Of a stretch of DNA of 64,000 bases, positions 59,407 to 64,000 are shown piece by piece. The DNA lies in assembly GCA_031550225.1 (NCBI GenBank), contig JAVBOT010000004.1, positions 6,107-70,106 on the forward strand, given 5' to 3'. This DNA comes from Desulfovibrio sp. (GTDB lineage: Bacteria > Desulfobacterota > Desulfovibrionia > Desulfovibrionales > Desulfovibrionaceae). The notes below the pieces were generated by a model, which worked only from the letters and a program-made list of their open reading frames with translations, was not told the origin of the DNA and searched no databases. Made by a program: the position numbers and the translations under genes. How positions within the stretch are numbered: the stretch's first letter is position 1; every line of letters starts with the position of its first letter.

Positions 59407-60357
59407 ATGACTGCAAGCCTTCCTCTGTGCACAGCGGTTATTGTGACCTACAACAACGCCCATACCATAGGCGCGTGTTTGGACTCGCTGTGCAAGCATA
59501 GTACCCTTCCCCTTGAATTGGTGGTGGTGGATAACTCCCCGGAACAAGACGAGGGGGATGGAACCTTTGCTGTTGTAGAGGCGTGGGGGGCCGCTCATCC
59601 GGGCCAAAAGGCCCGCTTTATCCGGCGCCCGGACAACCCGGGCTTTGGGGCGGCATGCAACCTGGGCGCGAAAGACGCAGCCGGGCGTTTTTTGCTGTTC
59701 CTTAACCCTGACACCTTGTGTGACAATGACGTGCCCGGCATGCTCGCCGCCTTGCTCGCGGAAAACCCCTCCGTGCGTGTGGCTGGACCGCAAATACGCC
59801 GCTTTGACGGCGGTATTGAGCGCACCTGCCGCAACCTGCCTACACCTTTCCGAATTTTTTGCGACGCCACAGGTCTTGACCGTATACTCGGAAACTACCG
59901 CTTATTGCGTTTCCCCCACGACACGGCCCGGGCCGTGGAGCAGGTGATCGGAGCCTGCCTTATGATGCGCCGTGAAGATTTTGAAGCCATGCACGGGTTT
60001 GATGAACGCTTTTTCATCTATTTTGAAGAGGTTGATCTTTGCAAGCGCGTTCTCGATACCGGCGGCCAGGTGTGGTTTTATCCTTCGGCCTGGGTGCGGC
60101 ATGTGGGGGGAGGCTCTTTGGAGACCACAGCTATGCTGCACCGCATGCCCCTGCTGCTCCGCAAAAGCAGGGCGCAATATTTTGCCAAACATTTTGGCAT
60201 ACTGCCGCAATGGCTCTCTCTTGGAGTGACCCTGGTGGAATGTTTTGCCAAAGGTCTGGCCCTGGCGGCCATGGCCTTCTTTGGCCAGGCGGGGGCAAAG
60301 GCAAAAGCGGCCAGGAGCAAAGGCTTTTTCGCCGTGCTGAAGGAGTGGGCGCAATGA
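59407..60357 (+). CDS. Glycosyltransferase family 2 (WbbL-like, paralog of 57281)
   Basis: IVTYN, NPGFGAACN, FLNPDTL..NDVPG.L and GFDERFFIYFEEVDLC motifs. Confidence 0.93.
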   Translation: MTASLPLCTAVIVTYNNAHTIGACLDSLCKHSTLPLELVVVDNSPEQDEGDGTFAVVEAWGAAHPGQKARFIRRPDNPGFGAACNLGAKDAAGRFLLFLNPDTLCDNDVPGMLAALLAENPSVRVAGPQIRRFDGGIERTCRNLPTPFRIFCDATGLDRILGNYRLLRFPHDTARAVEQVIGACLMMRREDFEAMHGFDERFFIYFEEVDLCKRVLDTGGQVWFYPSAWVRHVGGGSLETTAMLHRMPLLLRKSRAQYFAKHFGILPQWLSLGVTLVECFAKGLALAAMAFFGQAGAKAKAARSKGFFAVLKEWAQ

Positions 60358-61568
60358 GCCGCATATTGGCCTTGACCGTCCGCCCTGTGGAAGGGCCGGA
60401 CACGCGTTACCGGATAATACAGTATATGCCTCTGCTTAAAACCGCAGGCGTTGAAGTGGAACACCAGAGCCTTTTATCCAGCGAGTTTTACCGCAGGCAG
60501 CAGCAAAAGCGCCTTACAGCCCTCGACGTGGGACGGTATCTCGCCGCCGTGGCGCAGCGGGCCTTTTTTTTACTGCGGCATTGCCATCGCTATGAAGCAA
60601 TTTGGATCAGCCGGGAGCTCTCTCCCCTTGGGCCGCCTCTTTTGGAGCGCCTGCTCTTTTCGCGCTACAAAGGGGTGGTGGTGTTTGACTTTGACGATGC
60701 CATCTTTGAAGTGGATCACCTGGGCGGGTTTTTACACAGATATCTGCGCGCCTTCACCAAGTATGCGTATATTGCCCCGCGCTGTGCGGCCATTGTTTGC
60801 GGCAACGAATACCTGGCCGCTTATTTTCGCCGCTTTTGCCCCAATGTCGTGATCATTCCCGCTTGCGTGGAACACGAACGCTATGCCGCCATTGAGAGAA
60901 CGCCCGCGCCCGAGGGGCGGACGCGCATTGGCTGGATAGGTACGGCCACTAATCAGGGGCACGTGGAGCTTATCCGAAAGCCGATCGAGGCGCTGGCGAA
61001 AAAGCATGCCCTGGAATTTGTCACTGTGGGGTTGCCCGAAAGGCTGCATTGGGACATAAAGCACCTGCGTTGTTTGCGCTGGAGCCTTGAGGAGGAATTG
61101 GGGTTTTTTCGCGAGTTTGATATCGGCGTTATGCCTTTGGAAGATACCGTGTACACACGGGGCAAATGCGCGTTTAAGATTGTTCAATACATGGCCGCGG
61201 GTATTCCCGTGGTGGCATCACCCATAGGAGCCAATAAGGAAGTGCTGGAGCACGGCGTGCAAGGTCTGCTGGCGGAGACCGAGGAGGAGTGGGTGCGGGC
61301 CTTGGAAGCCTTGCTCCTTGATGCGCGCTTGCGGCGGAGCATGGGAGATGAGGGCCGAAAACGGGTGCGCGCTTTTTATTCCCTGGAGGCCTGCTGGCCT
61401 CGCTATGCCGATGTGCTGCGCGGCTACTGCAGATGCTGTCCTGAACAAACCCCTGAGCAAACCTTGGACCAGACGCTTGCGGGAGAGGAAGGCGGAGAGC
61501 TGGAAGCTGATGCTGCACAGAAGGCGGAGAACAAGGCCCCGCAACGGGACAATAATAATGGAAGCTAG
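60354..61568 (+). CDS. Glycosyltransferase family 4
   Basis: RYR..QY, FDFDDAI, IGWIG, DIG.MPL.D.....GKC.FK..QYMA.G.PVVAS motifs; ATGA coupling with the upstream gene. Confidence 0.93.
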   Translation: MSRILALTVRPVEGPDTRYRIIQYMPLLKTAGVEVEHQSLLSSEFYRRQQQKRLTALDVGRYLAAVAQRAFFLLRHCHRYEAIWISRELSPLGPPLLERLLFSRYKGVVVFDFDDAIFEVDHLGGFLHRYLRAFTKYAYIAPRCAAIVCGNEYLAAYFRRFCPNVVIIPACVEHERYAAIERTPAPEGRTRIGWIGTATNQGHVELIRKPIEALAKKHALEFVTVGLPERLHWDIKHLRCLRWSLEEELGFFREFDIGVMPLEDTVYTRGKCAFKIVQYMAAGIPVVASPIGANKEVLEHGVQGLLAETEEEWVRALEALLLDARLRRSMGDEGRKRVRAFYSLEACWPRYADVLRGYCRCCPEQTPEQTLDQTLAGEEGGELEADAAQKAENKAPQRDNNNGS

Positions 61569-63096
61569 AGCCCGCGCCTTGCGCATGTTCGCTGTAAATG
61601 CCCGCACAGCCTTCGCGCTGCTGCTCCTTTGCTGTTGCCTGGCTTTTGGAACCCGGAGCGGACTGTGCGCCGAGTTCGCCGCTGCGCCGTTTCGCCTGGG
61701 GCTGAACGCGGATAACTGGAGCGGCCAGGCGGAGCGGAGCGAATTTTGGAAGCTGACCCGGGACATGGGCATAGAATTTATCGTATGGCACGTGACGCCC
61801 GAAGAGTTTTCATCCGGCGCCATCATGCAGCTCATTGCCAGGTGCCGGGCGGAAGGCATCGCCTATCTTTTCAACACGGAGTTGGTGAACTACGTGCCTG
61901 ACGCTCCCGAATTCAGGGCGGACAACGGTAAATCCCGGCGCTGGGATTTTTCCGACTCCGTGCTCGCGCCTCTGCGGGTGGACCCGCTCTTTCTCGGCGT
62001 GGTGCATGATGAATCTTTGCTGATGCAGGCGGAGTTGGGGGCGACTCTTCAAAACAAGCCTGTGCTTCCGTACTATGCGGATACGGCGAACCTTTTGCCT
62101 GAAGAAGCCTATGCCCGTGTGGCGGAAAAGATTGACGCCCTGAGCGCTTATTACCAGAGTTATGGCAAGATTCTTGTGCTGGAAAGTATTTTGCCCGATG
62201 ATGCCTTTGCTGCGGCGCGCGGCGGAGCGGTGCCCGCTCCTAAGCTGCTGAAGGAAAACTACAATGATTTGATGCTCATGATTGCCAGAGGCGCGGCCCG
62301 GGAATATCTTGCGGCCAATATCCGGAAGGGCAGAACCACAGAACTGTGGGCTTGCGTTGATCTATGGTATTTGGACGGCTTTCCGGCAGAGCCCAGCCGG
62401 ATGGACCCCAAGCATTCGCTGGGAGGCCACAGCCCGGAGCGGCTGTACGACGCTCTGGCGTATGCCTGGCGTTCAGGGTGTGATGCCGTATATGTGGAGC
62501 ACGCCAAAGGGCTCATGACAGCGGACTGGCGGCTCTCGGCCCACGGGGAAAAAGTGCGGGAATTTGACCGTATGCGCCGCGCGCGGCCAAGACCCGCGGA
62601 TTGGCGGACGATACAAGCAACCATCACTGTGCGCCGTTTTCCTTCGGGAAACCCCGGCGGCAGATTGCCTGATTTTTTGGACGTACGCTCTTACGGCAGT
62701 AAAGCGTACCGCTTCCGCGACTGCGGCCCCGGCAAGAAGGACCTGTCTTTCTGGTGCACCCGTGATTTACAGTGGTTTGCCGCTTTTGCGCGTCTCTCCG
62801 GCGCGGGCGGGCTCCAGCGCGACGCACAGGAGGGCGGCTTTGGCGACGGTAAGAACACTGCTCTGCCTCCGAAAAACCAAACAAAGCACAAAACCCCCTG
62901 TGGCTGGGGGGGCTTGTGGAATTTTTCCGGCCTGACCTTCCATAGCCTGCCTTATGGCGCGCCTCTTCTCTGGCACCTGCGGGACAACGCCTATAAACCC
63001 CTTGCCGGGCTGCCTGAAATCAACTTTGTGGATCAGTTGAGTCCGCCGCTGGGTGAAGACGACAGCCATTTGGACTTTTACGGAACCGGGCCCTAA
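61558..63096 (+). CDS. Exported hypothetical protein, possibly a TIM-barrel glycoside hydrolase-like enzyme
   Basis: Signal peptide; overlaps the GT4 stop; alternating beta/alpha pattern with acidic residues after strands (FNTE, VHDE, VLE, CVD, YVE). Confidence 0.72.
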   Translation: MEARARALRMFAVNARTAFALLLLCCCLAFGTRSGLCAEFAAAPFRLGLNADNWSGQAERSEFWKLTRDMGIEFIVWHVTPEEFSSGAIMQLIARCRAEGIAYLFNTELVNYVPDAPEFRADNGKSRRWDFSDSVLAPLRVDPLFLGVVHDESLLMQAELGATLQNKPVLPYYADTANLLPEEAYARVAEKIDALSAYYQSYGKILVLESILPDDAFAAARGGAVPAPKLLKENYNDLMLMIARGAAREYLAANIRKGRTTELWACVDLWYLDGFPAEPSRMDPKHSLGGHSPERLYDALAYAWRSGCDAVYVEHAKGLMTADWRLSAHGEKVREFDRMRRARPRPADWRTIQATITVRRFPSGNPGGRLPDFLDVRSYGSKAYRFRDCGPGKKDLSFWCTRDLQWFAAFARLSGAGGLQRDAQEGGFGDGKNTALPPKNQTKHKTPCGWGGLWNFSGLTFHSLPYGAPLLWHLRDNAYKPLAGLPEINFVDQLSPPLGEDDSHLDFYGTGP

Positions 63097-63213
63097 AATT
63101 TCTTTTGCGATACAAGCGCTTGCCGGTCCCACGCCAAAGACTCCAGGCTTCACGCTTGCCGGATACATTTCCGCGGCCCCGTAAGCTTTTTACGCGGCTG
63201 TGGAAATGTTTTT

Positions 63214-63240
63214 GGAATGTCGTTTAGTCGACATTCCTTT
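63214..63240. terminator. 9-bp perfect inverted repeat (terminator or operator)
   Basis: GGAATGTCG-TTTAGT-CGACATTCC followed by TTT. Confidence 0.4.
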
Positions 63241-63486
63241 CTTGCCTTTCATGTCAGCGTGAAATTGCGCACAAGCACAGCGGCTGAATAGTTTCGTTAG
63301 CCGCCCTGACTGGAGCAGATCCCTGTTTTCCGTAAGAGAGTTGATCTTTTCTATATAGCTCACTCAGAGATAGCTTTCTTTGTCGTCTTGCCGAGAAGGG
63401 GTCCGCATGCGCATGCCCCATTAGGGAAAATTTTCATTTGTAGAAGGACCGTATGCGACGGCCGCAACCGAAAGGAGGACTGGTGT

Positions 63487-64000
63487 ATGACTTGCGCAAA
63501 GGGCAAAGTGAAAAACGTTATTTTCATTATGCTTGACACCCTTCAGTTCAACTATCTTGGCTGCTACGGCAATAAGGTAGTGAAAACACCAAATTTGGAT
63601 CGTTTTGCCCGGAACGGCATTGTGTTTGAAAACGCCTACAGCGAGGGCCTGCCCACTGTTCCGGTGCGACGCGCGCTGGCCACAGGCCGTTTTACGCTGC
63701 CTTATGCCGGTTGGCAGCCTTTGAAGGGCGAGGATACCACTCTTGCGGACATCATGTGGGGCCGCATGCTGCAAACCGCTTTGGTATATGATACGCCCCC
63801 GATGCGGCTGCCCAAGTTCGGCTATTCACGCGGCTACGATTATGTGAAATTTTGCCGTGGTCATGAACTGGACCACACGACTTACAAAGATGAGCCCGCG
63901 GACCCTGGAATGCGGCCTGAAAACTTCACGTCGCCCGCGCAGCTCTATAAAAACGGCAAGGACGGCGAGTTTATCGACGCGGCGAGCAAAGCGCTCTATG
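63487..64000 (+). CDS. Sulfatase-like hydrolase (alkaline phosphatase superfamily), truncated by the window end
   Basis: Missing from the ORF track. AGGAGG RBS, then MTCAKGKVKNVIFIMLDTLQFNYLGCYGN...TPNLDRFA..GIVFENAYSEGLPTVPVRRALATGR. Confidence 0.9.
   Translation, partial: MTCAKGKVKNVIFIMLDTLQFNYLGCYGNKVVKTPNLDRFARNGIVFENAYSEGLPTVPVRRALATGRFTLPYAGWQPLKGEDTTLADIMWGRMLQTALVYDTPPMRLPKFGYSRGYDYVKFCRGHELDHTTYKDEPADPGMRPENFTSPAQLYKNGKDGEFIDAASKALY

Overview
GC-rich bacterial chromosome segment. Gene content and order point to a Desulfovibrionaceae-like sulfate reducer (inference). In order: hypE (cut by the window edge) and hypD; an EndoQ(PHP)-UvrD helicase fusion; arsR-cadA; a tRNA methyltransferase, a GT4 and a DHH phosphoesterase; a SNase nuclease and a Phd/RelE-ParE toxin-antitoxin pair just downstream of tRNA-Pro(CGG); the chemotaxis operon cheB-HEAT-cheR-parA-cheW-cheY-cheA; purE-purD; a paaK-like ligase; NlpC/P60; ffh-rpsP-khpA-rimM-trmD-rplS; an IS481 remnant; rnhB; a Sel1 protein; tgt; mltD; a ~16 kb Wzx/Wzy-type exopolysaccharide locus; and a partial sulfatase-fold gene. 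The strongest unannotated signal is a set of dispersed, highly structured non-coding elements: family A (~156 bp, 6 copies), family B (~128 bp, 4 copies plus fragments) and mosaic variants. They have TA(G) termini and imperfect terminal inverted repeats, family B carries an embedded GTAG-type REP hairpin, and several end exactly on TAG stop codons. Other candidates for new biology are the EndoQ-UvrD fusion, a sigma54-type promoter with a long leader ahead of a small protein, a kinase-dead Wzc and a Thr-type sulfatase-fold enzyme. No CRISPR array or rRNA was seen. All calls come from reading the sequence; no searches were run.
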